From positions 80,481-144,480 of IMG/VR virus record IMGVR_UViG_3300046003_004989: a stretch of 64,000 nt of DNA; one strand, written 5' to 3'. A program made the translations under genes and the position numbers. Position 1 is the stretch's first letter; each line of letters begins with the position of its first letter. This stretch comes from a virus. Of the stretch, positions 29,510 to 39,178 are shown piece by piece. The notes beneath the pieces were generated by a model that was not told the origin of the DNA, searched no databases, and saw nothing but the letters and a program-made list of their open reading frames with translations.

Positions 29510-30672
29510 TACTCTTCTTCGTTTTCTTTTTGTTTATCTTCTGGTTTGTCTTCTTCGTCGTGCTTATCGTCATGTTTATCATCACCTTTGGTGACCATTC
29601 CAATAGCTGTTTCACAAATACCTACAACCCAAAGACCTTTTGCAGTATATTTCATACACATTAAAATAACTCCAATTCCTGGAAGTGCTGTCATTATCAT
29701 AGTTCCAATAGCAGAAACGCCCATTTCTTTTATTAAACTTGTAACTCCAGCTTTAATAGCATATCCAGTAACAAGTGCAAATACTGCTCCAACTATAGTG
29801 AATTCAAATGGACCAGGAGCTTTAGCTACTTTTGAAAGGAATGACGAGATTCCAGAAAGACCCTTATTGGCAGCTGAACCAGCGGCATGTTCAGTAGAAT
29901 GTAAAGCTTTAAATGGTTGAAACTCTGCAACTTTATGTACTAAAGCTGAAAGGAAAGGAATTTTAATTCCTCCATGATCAGAACTTTCTTTTAGGTATTG
30001 AACAAAGTCATAACTTTCAACGATCAAATCAGAAGCAGCTAAATAAAGAGCTGTTTCTAACATTTCCGAATAACCTTCATTTGTAGAGGCAGCTTGATTT
30101 AAACCTGCACCCATTTCACTTGAGATACCACCAAACCATTTAGCAGTTGCTTTTGCCATAGATCCGAGATTTTTAACCTCTTCTTTTGCGACATCAGCTT
30201 TACCTTTAAATTTTCCTTTAGCAGCTTCTGTTATTTTTTCTTTCGATTTAGCGTAACCAGATTCTACCTGTCCTTTAATATAGTCCCAAGCTTTTTGAAT
30301 GAAAGCTTTAACGATACCGAGGATTTTTTGTATTAAAGCAGAAACAGATCCACCAATTTTCATGATAGCTTCTTGAGTACCTGAAAGATATTCTTTACCC
30401 TTTTCTTTTGCTACTTGTATAGCAGCTTTAGCTTTAGCTTTTAATTTATCTGCAATCGATTCTTCATTGAGAGTACCTTCAAAGATCGAATCCCATTGTT
30501 CAGTTTCAATGATTGCTTCAGATAGAAGACGTTCTTCTTCTGAAATATGTGGAGATTTAGATAGAGCCTCAAATAGATATTTTTTAGCGTCTATTGATTG
30601 AGATTTGAATTCAGAATAAATTCTTTGAGCTTCAAATATCATATACTCTTCGTAAGATAATATTCTTTTCAT
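29509..30672 (-). CDS. Hypothetical, CTS-like leader, C-terminal hydrophobic helices
   Basis: MKRILSYEEYMIFEA; Gly/Ala-rich TM segments. Confidence 0.7.
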   Translation of the reverse strand: MKRILSYEEYMIFEAQRIYSEFKSQSIDAKKYLFEALSKSPHISEEERLLSEAIIETEQWDSIFEGTLNEESIADKLKAKAKAAIQVAKEKGKEYLSGTQEAIMKIGGSVSALIQKILGIVKAFIQKAWDYIKGQVESGYAKSKEKITEAAKGKFKGKADVAKEEVKNLGSMAKATAKWFGGISSEMGAGLNQAASTNEGYSEMLETALYLAASDLIVESYDFVQYLKESSDHGGIKIPFLSALVHKVAEFQPFKALHSTEHAAGSAANKGLSGISSFLSKVAKAPGPFEFTIVGAVFALVTGYAIKAGVTSLIKEMGVSAIGTMIMTALPGIGVILMCMKYTAKGLWVVGICETAIGMVTKGDDKHDDKHDEEDKPEDKQKENEEE

Positions 30673-30674
30673 GT

Positions 30675-31151
30675 TTATATCTTAAATTCGTCGTCTTCTT
30701 CAGAATCTTCTTCGTCACTTGCAGCTTCTTTCTCTCCAGCTTTATCAGCCTTTTCTTCTCCAGTTTCTTTCTTAGCGTCTGGATCTTCAACATCCACTTC
30801 TTTGAATTTTTCTAGATCTTCAGGAGATACTTCTTGTTTAAGAATGAATATAGAAGGAGCTTCGTTTGTAAAGATTTTATAGCGACCATAGTCATAAACA
30901 AAGAGAACTGTTCCATCTTTGCTTATTTCGTAAGTTTTTGTAAATGCATCTTGTTTGATCTGATAACCCTTTTCTGCATTTTCTTTTCTCCATGCTGTCC
31001 ACCAAGTAGGAGACATAGCATAAAGACGATGGAAGTCAGATAGCTTAGTTTTCTTACCATCATTTTCTTTGGCATCATCTAAAGCTTGCTTCACACCGAA
31101 ATAAGGCAAATATTGCTCGTTAAATTGTTCGTATGACGGTAGATTTTTCAA
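30675..31151 (-). CDS. Hypothetical, CTS-like leader (likely TTG start at 31151)
   Basis: (M)KNLPSYEQFNEQ; this start removes the overlap with gp55. Confidence 0.65.
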   Translation of the reverse strand: MKNLPSYEQFNEQYLPYFGVKQALDDAKENDGKKTKLSDFHRLYAMSPTWWTAWRKENAEKGYQIKQDAFTKTYEISKDGTVLFVYDYGRYKIFTNEAPSIFILKQEVSPEDLEKFKEVDVEDPDAKKETGEEKADKAGEKEAASDEEDSEEDDEFKI

Positions 31152-31161
31152 TTTAAGTTCT

Positions 31162-31518
31162 TTATATTGAATAGATTCCTTCGGAATCTGATGAACCTTT
31201 TCCACTTAGTGAAATGGTTCCTTTGTATTTTCCTGGATGTATTTTATTCCAACCTTTAGCATAACCATTTTTTGCGATCTGTGTAAAATATGAGAAAGCA
31301 TTAGTGGTTTTTTCTGGTTTGAAAGATCTCCAGTATTTAAACAAATCCAAAAGAGCAAAAGATATGCAATCTTCTCGATCCATCGGATTCTCATACGACA
31401 ATCTCGTATTAGCTCGATAGGCAATTAGGATTAGCATTTCCTCTGCTCTTTTAGTCAGTTTATCTTGTTTCTGTGAGAGACAAATCTCTTCATAGAATTC
31501 TTTTGGTTTTACGTACAT
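31162..31518 (-). CDS. gp55: Late transcription sigma factor (gp55-like)
   Basis: YV..KEF, REDCIS.A...KYW.SF.PEK..NAFSYFTQIA.N. Confidence 0.85.
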   Translation of the reverse strand: MYVKPKEFYEEICLSQKQDKLTKRAEEMLILIAYRANTRLSYENPMDREDCISFALLDLFKYWRSFKPEKTTNAFSYFTQIAKNGYAKGWNKIHPGKYKGTISLSGKGSSDSEGIYSI

Positions 31519-31538
31519 GTTAATGTGTTTTAGAAAGT

Positions 31539-31763
31539 TTAGAACTTCACATCTAAAAATTTCTTTTCTACCATGTCTGATTTTCCATTCGATAGGATAA
31601 CTTCAACTTTGTCGTTGTTACCACCTTTTGTATACTGAAGAGCATCAACTTTCACAGTATCACCTTTTTTAAGGGATTTTGTAGAAGCATTAACTGTTGC
31701 ATTGACATGAGTGTCAGAGGTCTTTGCTTCATTTAGCCATTCTTCAAATGTAGTAAGTTTCAT
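31539..31763 (-). CDS. Small hypothetical, CTS-like leader
   Basis: MKLTTFEEWLNEA. Confidence 0.7.
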   Translation of the reverse strand: MKLTTFEEWLNEAKTSDTHVNATVNASTKSLKKGDTVKVDALQYTKGGNNDKVEVILSNGKSDMVEKKFLDVKF

Positions 31764-31774
31764 AGAAAAGTTTT

Positions 31775-33439
31775 TTATTGTGTGATTTCACCTGCAGAGA
31801 TCAATTCTTCGACCTCGCTTTCTTTTATATGAATAGGTTGTGCAGAAGTTTCAAGATCTTTCTGATTAAACATATAAGAACCATCAGCTTCACCTTGGAA
31901 TACATAACCAGTTGTTCCTTTTACAGTGTACTCTTGACCAGCAACTAGATCTTTACAAGATGTAAGTTTTGTATCACCTGAAGTAGGTAATTCAGCAGTT
32001 GCAGGATCGAATGTATCAGCTGCTGCTTCAACAATTTCACCTTTTAATTTAGAAAGTGCATCATTTTGTTCTTTCAATTGAGACTCAAGAAGAGATTTAG
32101 CTTGATCGATAAATTCTGATTTACCTAAAGTCTTTTCAGCAGCTTCAATATCAGCAAGTTTCTCGATAATGAATTTAACTCTACTTTCTACTTTATTTAA
32201 TTCAGCAGTTTTTCTTTCAACTTCAGCTTTTTCATTTTCTAATAAATGATTAAGTGATTCTGAAATATCATAGTTCATGAAAGTTTTAACGATATCAACA
32301 GCTTCAGTTGCATTAGCAGCTTCAACGATTGAATTTTCTTGCATACCCTTGTTTACTTTTTGAATGAAAATACGATCATTAGTATTGAAAATTGTAGCAG
32401 AAAGACCTTCAAAAATAGAAGATGTTACTTTATAACCGAAGTCAATTTCTTTAATTTTAGATCCTTCATTGATAGCTCTTCCGATCATAGCAAGTTTTTC
32501 TTGTTCATTCATACGAACGATACCAGAAGCCATTAATTGAGATGTAATATTAGAAGATTCTACTAATTTACCATTCAATGATACTTTAGTTTCTTCACCG
32601 AAAGCGATATCTAAAACTGAATTAGGGTTTGGATAAACTCTCATTGTATTATTTGCAAATTTAGCAGATTCAGCTAAACGAACTAATGAAGTAAAGTCAT
32701 CAGATGCAGGATTCGTAGATTCAGTGATAGCTCCACCTTCGGAAACTACTAAGAATTTACCGCTTGATGCGAAAGCGAAAGTGTTTTCGTCGATAGCTTC
32801 AACTGGAGAATAAATTTTAGAAACTTTAAAGTTAGGATTCTGTCCGTTAATTGCACCTTTTTGAGTATTGCAATATTCGTATAATCTCTTAACTAAAGGA
32901 ATCCAAACTTCAGATTCCATAGTATCAACTACTGCAAATACTGGATTTTCTGAGTTAGATGCTTCACGTAAAGCAGTAATAGCTTTAGTGTAGTATGATT
33001 TGTTACGATCAACTTCTAAGTCACGAATTACAGATTCAATAAGAATGTAAGTTTGGTTAGATTTGATAAAGTCTTCACCTTCTGTGATGAAAGTTTTAAC
33101 TTGTGGCATCCAAGAATAAGCTTTAAGTTCTTTAATAGCTGATTCAAGAATAGCAACTCTACCTAAAAGGTATGAGTCAGCAATAGTTGTTTTTGCTTCA
33201 GAAAGTGTAGAAGCTGTTGCAAGGTGACGAGCTTGATTTTGCTCAACGCCTTTACCAAGCAATTCTGTATAAGCATCTTTTGCTGTGATAGTTCCTTCAG
33301 CAATTTCCAATGAAGCTAGTTTACCGTAGTATCTTTCAACAATCATTTTAGATGTATTGTTTCTGTCGATACTTTCAAGTAATTCTGAAAACTTCACTTT
33401 AAGTGACGCTGAATCAAATTTTGATTTTAGTTGTGACAT
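31775..33439 (-). CDS. Hypothetical virion/prohead protein
   Basis: 554 aa; many hxES/EA sites; codon usage like structural genes. Confidence 0.65.
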   Translation of the reverse strand: MSQLKSKFDSASLKVKFSELLESIDRNNTSKMIVERYYGKLASLEIAEGTITAKDAYTELLGKGVEQNQARHLATASTLSEAKTTIADSYLLGRVAILESAIKELKAYSWMPQVKTFITEGEDFIKSNQTYILIESVIRDLEVDRNKSYYTKAITALREASNSENPVFAVVDTMESEVWIPLVKRLYEYCNTQKGAINGQNPNFKVSKIYSPVEAIDENTFAFASSGKFLVVSEGGAITESTNPASDDFTSLVRLAESAKFANNTMRVYPNPNSVLDIAFGEETKVSLNGKLVESSNITSQLMASGIVRMNEQEKLAMIGRAINEGSKIKEIDFGYKVTSSIFEGLSATIFNTNDRIFIQKVNKGMQENSIVEAANATEAVDIVKTFMNYDISESLNHLLENEKAEVERKTAELNKVESRVKFIIEKLADIEAAEKTLGKSEFIDQAKSLLESQLKEQNDALSKLKGEIVEAAADTFDPATAELPTSGDTKLTSCKDLVAGQEYTVKGTTGYVFQGEADGSYMFNQKDLETSAQPIHIKESEVEELISAGEITQ

Positions 33440-33471
33440 TTTTATGTTCGTTTTTTTACGTTTTTCTTTTA

Positions 33472-34152
33472 TTATTTATACACGTAACAAGGAATTGATT
33501 TCCCATATAGTGGAATAAGTTCTTCTGAATGTGGTGCTTCGATATAATCGATCATAGTACCATCAAACATAGGTCTTCCTGTTTGATCGTGTGCAAAATA
33601 ACCTTTAGTTCCTATCTGCCAAATTGGAGTAGAACCAGAAGTAATGACTGCTCTATAAACTTTATAACCTACTTCCCATATTTCGATAGTAGAGTTAACT
33701 TGATATGTGTCTCTTAAAGAGAAGTACTTATTTTGACCTGTTTTAAGATTCAATGAACCGCAAGGTAAAATAGCAGCACCTCTTCCTTGATATCCACCAG
33801 TGAATTTTCTAGTAGTTTTGAATTGTTCTCCAGAAGATCTTTTAGAACCTGGAAGAACTTTTACTTGAGTTGCTTTACCAGCAACGTCCATTCCAAGAGC
33901 TTCTGCTCTAGAAAAGAAAGCTTTAGTTACTTCATGGTCAGCTCCAAGAATTTGATCAGCTGCAACTCCACGGTCATAAGCTTTATCTTTATCAGTGATT
34001 AACTTACACATAGTATTCGCTAATGTAAGCATTTTGTTTGTATCACCTTTAGATTTGGTTACGATATCTTGAACTCTTTGAACATCTTTTTGAGATGCTT
34101 CAAGAACTAGACTCTCTAGGATAAAATCGTCGTAAGAAGGTATATTGTTCAT
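33472..34152 (-). CDS. Hypothetical, CTS-like leader
   Basis: MNNIPSYDDFILES. Confidence 0.7.
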   Translation of the reverse strand: MNNIPSYDDFILESLVLEASQKDVQRVQDIVTKSKGDTNKMLTLANTMCKLITDKDKAYDRGVAADQILGADHEVTKAFFSRAEALGMDVAGKATQVKVLPGSKRSSGEQFKTTRKFTGGYQGRGAAILPCGSLNLKTGQNKYFSLRDTYQVNSTIEIWEVGYKVYRAVITSGSTPIWQIGTKGYFAHDQTGRPMFDGTMIDYIEAPHSEELIPLYGKSIPCYVYK

Positions 34153-34161
34153 GTTGTTATA

Positions 34162-34932
34162 TTATTTAGCAGCACCAACCCCTTTTAATTGAGGATATTT
34201 CTTAAGAACGGCAGCAACTACTTCTTTTTTAATGTCTTTGTATTGTGGCCATGTAGCCCAAACTAATGCAGTTTTTGCATGTTTTTCGTCATGTATTGGC
34301 CAAGATCTTTTATCAGGGAATATGAAGTCTTCTGGTTTTAATTTTTCTTTCTCTGCTGGAGAAAGACCTTCAAGAACTTTATGATAATCTAAAACGCTTT
34401 CAAGAACTTCATCTTCAATACCTTCGATATCGAATTCTAAAGATTCAGAAAGAATTTTCTTGATTTTCTCTAATTTTTGAGCATCTTTTAAAGCCGATTG
34501 AAGAGCTTGTACCTTAGCTGATTCTTCATCTTCTTCAGGTTTTTTAGTTTCTTCTTCGTCTTTTTCTGGCTCAGTTTCACCTTTCTTAAGCTTATCTAAT
34601 GCAGCTTTAACATCTACATCTGGTTTTGCTTTTGAAGGATCTATACCTTTTGCTAGATCTGATGCGTCTGCTTTAAGGATATCGTCAGCTTCATCTAATG
34701 ATTGAAGTGCTTCGAAGTCAATTGATTCACCTAAAAATACTTTTGACATAACTCGAACTTTACGTTCTTCGTCAATGCCTATAGTAGTTAAAAATAGATA
34801 AATTTGTTCAGGTGTTTTTCCTTCAGAAGCTAATTTGCTAACGATAGGGAAAAGAGATCCTGCACCGTAGTATGAATACTGTCCAGCTAGATTCTCGTTC
34901 ACAAATTCTGTGTATGATTTAATAAGTCCCAT
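34162..34932 (-). CDS. Hypothetical, CTS-like leader, C-terminal DUF6582-like domain
   Basis: MGLIKSYTEFVNEN; LKPEDFIFPDKRSWPIHDEKHAKTAL. Confidence 0.65.
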   Translation of the reverse strand: MGLIKSYTEFVNENLAGQYSYYGAGSLFPIVSKLASEGKTPEQIYLFLTTIGIDEERKVRVMSKVFLGESIDFEALQSLDEADDILKADASDLAKGIDPSKAKPDVDVKAALDKLKKGETEPEKDEEETKKPEEDEESAKVQALQSALKDAQKLEKIKKILSESLEFDIEGIEDEVLESVLDYHKVLEGLSPAEKEKLKPEDFIFPDKRSWPIHDEKHAKTALVWATWPQYKDIKKEVVAAVLKKYPQLKGVGAAK

Positions 34933-34974
34933 CGACTAAATTTTTATTTATATATCTCTCCTAATAGTTATCGA

Positions 34975-35898
34975 TTAACTAGTTGGACCAGTTTCGGTAG
35001 GAGGAAGGTTTGTACTTGGATTTATTGGCCAAAATGGACCGTTTAGTGTTGGATCGTCATAAGCTGCATTCAACATAGGATTGTAACCGACTGTATTTGA
35101 GGCTCCTGTTGTACCTGATGCTCCAGGAACACCGATATTTCCGAGGAGTGCAGAAGCACCTCCACCCGAAGGACCCATCATAAGTGGCGGTATGAAAGTT
35201 GTTGCTTGGAATGAAGCCATATTCGTACCAGCAAATATTGTAGTTTCTGGTTTGAAGACTGGTATATGAGATTTAATTTGAACCGAGAAAGTTACTTTAT
35301 ACTCTTTTTTATCAGAGAATGAGAATTCTACAGTTCTCTCTTGTGTATAATCATCAGGGAATGTGATTAAGCAAGGGATTCTCGTATAAGCTATATCGAC
35401 TTGATATGCTTTTGCTTTATAGAATGTTCGAATGATTGCTTCCGAACATTTTAACTGATCCAAAATTGAATCGACTGTTATTTCAACAGAAAGATCCATG
35501 GTGATAGGCACCATGAAAGCTTCTGTATTATATGTGTTTAGAGTTCCATCGTCTTCTTGCTTTAAGTGTTGCATTCGGACGTATTTATTAACAATAGCTT
35601 GAGTTTCTATAGAAAATGATTCAAAATTAACTACTCCTCTCGGGATTTGATTATAGAATGCTTCTGCATGTAAATTTTCTGGATCGAAGTCTATGTTATT
35701 CAAGAAGTTATCTTGCAAATATCTCTCAGAACCTGTAGTAGAAAAGTAAAAAGGGACGTTTATTTTTCTCTTATCGGCAACAGCTATTCCAATTTGATTG
35801 TTCCAGTTAATGTTATCCGAAAGGGTAGCCAAACATCCAATCAGAATGTTTCTAATAGATACGTCGTCTTTATTAAAATGTAAGTCATATACAGACAT
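34975..35898 (-). CDS. gp15: Tail terminator / sheath stabilizer (gp15-like)
   Basis: INVPFYF...ERYL, IPRG, MVPITMD.SVEI...DQLK..E.I...F. Confidence 0.7.
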   Translation of the reverse strand: MSVYDLHFNKDDVSIRNILIGCLATLSDNINWNNQIGIAVADKRKINVPFYFSTTGSERYLQDNFLNNIDFDPENLHAEAFYNQIPRGVVNFESFSIETQAIVNKYVRMQHLKQEDDGTLNTYNTEAFMVPITMDLSVEITVDSILDQLKCSEAIIRTFYKAKAYQVDIAYTRIPCLITFPDDYTQERTVEFSFSDKKEYKVTFSVQIKSHIPVFKPETTIFAGTNMASFQATTFIPPLMMGPSGGGASALLGNIGVPGASGTTGASNTVGYNPMLNAAYDDPTLNGPFWPINPSTNLPPTETGPTS

Positions 35899-35934
35899 TG
35901 ATCGCTAATTTGTTTAGTTATATATCATCACTAA

Positions 35935-37605
35935 TTACGTGATGTTTTCTATGATTAGCTTAGAGAATCCGCCTTCTTTTACAGCTTCTACTTTCTTATC
36001 GAAAAGTTCGGTTGGTAATTCTGTATGATTGATAACCCAAGTGTTTAGGTGATTTTCTTTCGATACTTCACTTAAGATTTTGATAATCTCATAAACTCCT
36101 GCAGAATCTACGGATGAGAAAATTTCATCCAAGAATAAAATGTTGAGTGAAGGATAACGAATTTTAAGCATCTTTAGAAGAGCAATAATAATGATAAAGT
36201 CAGCTTTCTTTCTTTCACCTGTAGACATACTACGAGGATTGATTTCTTCACCGAGAGCATTGATTACACAATCAAACTTGTCATTGAATTTTACTGAATA
36301 AGGAAGATGCATTTGTTTGCTCATATTAGCTATCGATTGATTCAATGACGGTAGAATCGTTTTCATAGCTAAGTTCTTTACTCCGTCATCACCTAAAACC
36401 GATTCAACAGTTTCGAGGAATGCATCATCGATTGCTTTTTCTGAATGGGATTTTCTCTTCTCTTCTTTTTTTCCTACGTTTTCAATAACTAATTGTTGTA
36501 GATATTCAGAGTCCAATTCTTTCGATTCATTAACAGCTTTATCAACTTCTCGTTTGTATTGATTTATCATCATATTCACACGAACAATTGAAGACTCAAG
36601 TTCTTTTACTTTAGTTCCGATAGTTTTAACCTTTTCGGTTCCATCTTTTAGTTCAGTTCGTAAAGTATCGAATTTACTCTTTTTAGAGGTTTTCTGTTCT
36701 TCTAGTTCTGATTTGTGATGATGGTGTTCATCGGTATCTAGAGATGAACCACATGTAGGACATTGTGAATTTTCATATAGGTTGATTTTTTCATCTATCG
36801 ATTTCAATTCATAACCTAGCTTAGAGAATTCTTGTTTCTTTGATTCGAAATTAGTTGTTACTCGAGTTTCAAGTTCTTTGATTTTGACTAAGTCACCTTC
36901 TACTTTTTTCTTATTTTCGATTAGCTCTTCAATCTTTTCTTTGAACTCTTGAATCAATTTAGTTTTATCCTCTTTCTTAGCTTCTTCTAGATTTTTAATC
37001 TTTTCTGATACTGAAGTAATTGTATCTTCAATAATTCCTAACTCATCGGACAAAGTCTTAATTGCATCTTTGATTTCTTTTCTTTCATGTCGGATAGAAT
37101 CTTTCATTTGATTGATTACTGTGAATCCGAAAAGGCGATCTATGATGTTACGTTTGTCACCTGGAGACATCGTAAGGAATGAACGGAAGTCATTAATAGA
37201 TAACACAATGATGTTCTTGAAAACCTGATACGGGATGTCGAAAAGCTCAATTTCTAGATAGTCTTGAACGTTCGAGTTTCCTGCAGTTTCGTAAGGTACG
37301 CCATCGATAATTACTTCAAATAGACCTGGCGATACACCACGTACAATTTCTATTTTCTTATTACGGCTTTTAATTACGATTCTACACCAAAGGTTTTTAT
37401 TGATACGATTAGGTAGATCCGATTTATTCTTTCTTTCAATTCTTCCATAAAGAGCAAATGTAATAACCTCGGCAATCGTAGATTTACCATGGCCATTACC
37501 ACCGAGAAGCAAGTACAAGTCTCCCTGATCATTTTCAAATTCTACGTGAGATATAGAATTTCCATAGGAGTTGAAATTCCTCCATTCAATTGATTGTATT
37601 TTCAT
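35935..37605 (-). CDS. gp46: Recombination exonuclease ATPase subunit (Rad50/SbcC-like)
   Basis: RNFNSYGN, GGNGHGKST, CPTCG zinc hook, MSTGE, LFLDEIF. Confidence 0.93.
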   Translation of the reverse strand: MKIQSIEWRNFNSYGNSISHVEFENDQGDLYLLLGGNGHGKSTIAEVITFALYGRIERKNKSDLPNRINKNLWCRIVIKSRNKKIEIVRGVSPGLFEVIIDGVPYETAGNSNVQDYLEIELFDIPYQVFKNIIVLSINDFRSFLTMSPGDKRNIIDRLFGFTVINQMKDSIRHERKEIKDAIKTLSDELGIIEDTITSVSEKIKNLEEAKKEDKTKLIQEFKEKIEELIENKKKVEGDLVKIKELETRVTTNFESKKQEFSKLGYELKSIDEKINLYENSQCPTCGSSLDTDEHHHHKSELEEQKTSKKSKFDTLRTELKDGTEKVKTIGTKVKELESSIVRVNMMINQYKREVDKAVNESKELDSEYLQQLVIENVGKKEEKRKSHSEKAIDDAFLETVESVLGDDGVKNLAMKTILPSLNQSIANMSKQMHLPYSVKFNDKFDCVINALGEEINPRSMSTGERKKADFIIIIALLKMLKIRYPSLNILFLDEIFSSVDSAGVYEIIKILSEVSKENHLNTWVINHTELPTELFDKKVEAVKEGGFSKLIIENIT

Positions 37606-38699
37606 TAGTCTCTTACTTCTTTAATTACTGAGGTGTAAAGGTTATTAATTTTATGCATAACTTTATCTTTAGTACTGTCATCCAATGTTGAGATACGTCT
37701 AACATATTTTTCACACAACCCATAAATGTTAAATGATTCATCTTCCAATTCATCGAATAGATCTCCTTCTGAATTTGATTCATCTTCAAATGGAATTACC
37801 TCTAATTTCTTTGTTATTTCGCTTAGAATATCAATGATAGGATTGATCTGAAATTTCAACAGGAAGCTAGAAGGGACATACAGGTCAACTCGATTGTTCG
37901 TACAGATATCCTTTAGTTCTCCAACAGATTTGTCCAAGAATTTATTCAGATAGACTCTGATGAACTTCGGAGAGTATGTATTTTCGATAAATTCTTCCGT
38001 TCCTTCGTTTATGTCTAGGATATACCAACCTTTCTGATTACCTGCATCAGACCTAGTCATTTGATAAGGGTTACCTACCATTGTAACATTCCCTCGGTGT
38101 TGACCCCAGTGAATGTGTCCCGAATAAACTCTACGGAAATTAACTAAGTCAGATATTCCAAGACCTTCTTCAACGTTTCTACCGTTATCGAATTTTAAAT
38201 TTCGGATATTCGTATGACAGAAGAGATAGTGCAATTCTTGTACTTTATACTCTTCTAAACATCTTAATTCCTCTTCTTCGTTAGTTCTCCAAGGCATAAA
38301 AAGTGCTTTAGTTTCACCAAAATCAGCAACTACTGGTTCTTTGATGATATGCACTTTAGGGATGTACTTTAAACAATCAAGAGAAGAAACATCATTAGTT
38401 GTCTTTCTCATGACATCGTGATTTCCAGCAATAACATAGATTCCGTCTACGAAGATTTTTGATAGCTCTTCGAATAATCTAATTCCTTCATGTAATACAA
38501 GTAGATTTACAGATTGTCTATTATCAAATACGTCTCCACAATGAATGAGGATGTCTCCAGGTCTGTAATTTTCTTTAGCTTTAGGTATGAAGTCTTGATA
38601 GAACCAATCTCTCATTACGTCTAGCCATTCTACGGAATTTGAACGAGCACCTAAATGTGTGTCCGATACTATAAATGCGCGTTTAGCTTCAATTTTCAT
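37605..38699 (-). CDS. gp47: Recombination endonuclease subunit (Mre11/SbcD-like)
   Basis: SDTHLG, GDVFDNR, GNHD, SGHIH. Confidence 0.93.
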   Translation of the reverse strand: MKIEAKRAFIVSDTHLGARSNSVEWLDVMRDWFYQDFIPKAKENYRPGDILIHCGDVFDNRQSVNLLVLHEGIRLFEELSKIFVDGIYVIAGNHDVMRKTTNDVSSLDCLKYIPKVHIIKEPVVADFGETKALFMPWRTNEEEELRCLEEYKVQELHYLFCHTNIRNLKFDNGRNVEEGLGISDLVNFRRVYSGHIHWGQHRGNVTMVGNPYQMTRSDAGNQKGWYILDINEGTEEFIENTYSPKFIRVYLNKFLDKSVGELKDICTNNRVDLYVPSSFLLKFQINPIIDILSEITKKLEVIPFEDESNSEGDLFDELEDESFNIYGLCEKYVRRISTLDDSTKDKVMHKINNLYTSVIKEVRD

Positions 38700-38700
38700 A

Positions 38701-39174
38701 TTAGAACAGGGTTTTACTCTTTTTGAGATAGCCTCTACTTTTCAATTCTGTTATCAATTCTGTCTTAAATAGATTTGATAGAGATTCATAAAATTTGTCT
38801 GCGTTTACGTCAAACATTGATGAAATGATAGAGAAAATTTCAATTCGAGGTTCATTTGCTAAGTGAGTTGTTACGTAAGAATAAACATCATTAATGTCAC
38901 TCTTATTCATTTTTTTGAAGTTACCTGCTTCATCAGCTTTTAAAAAACGATCAAATCGTCTTTCGTTTGAGATTAAAGATTCAACTTTAACCAGTATGAG
39001 TTTTTCATCTAATGTATATTCGTAAGATTTCTGTTCCATTGAAGGATCGACTTTAAATTCGATCGCTGTTGTGTCAATTTCTATTTCGTCATATGTATTG
39101 TCAAAGATTTTATCTCTCTTAACTACTGGTTCGTCGTCTTCAAAATTTTCTATTTCGTCATTTTGATTAAACAT
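38701..39174 (-). CDS. Possible late transcription co-activator (gp33-like C-terminal region)
   Basis: IEIFSII...DV..DKFYESLS..FKTELITELKSRGYLK resembles the gp33 pattern. Confidence 0.4.
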   Translation of the reverse strand: MFNQNDEIENFEDDEPVVKRDKIFDNTYDEIEIDTTAIEFKVDPSMEQKSYEYTLDEKLILVKVESLISNERRFDRFLKADEAGNFKKMNKSDINDVYSYVTTHLANEPRIEIFSIISSMFDVNADKFYESLSNLFKTELITELKSRGYLKKSKTLF

Positions 39175-39178
39175 GTCT

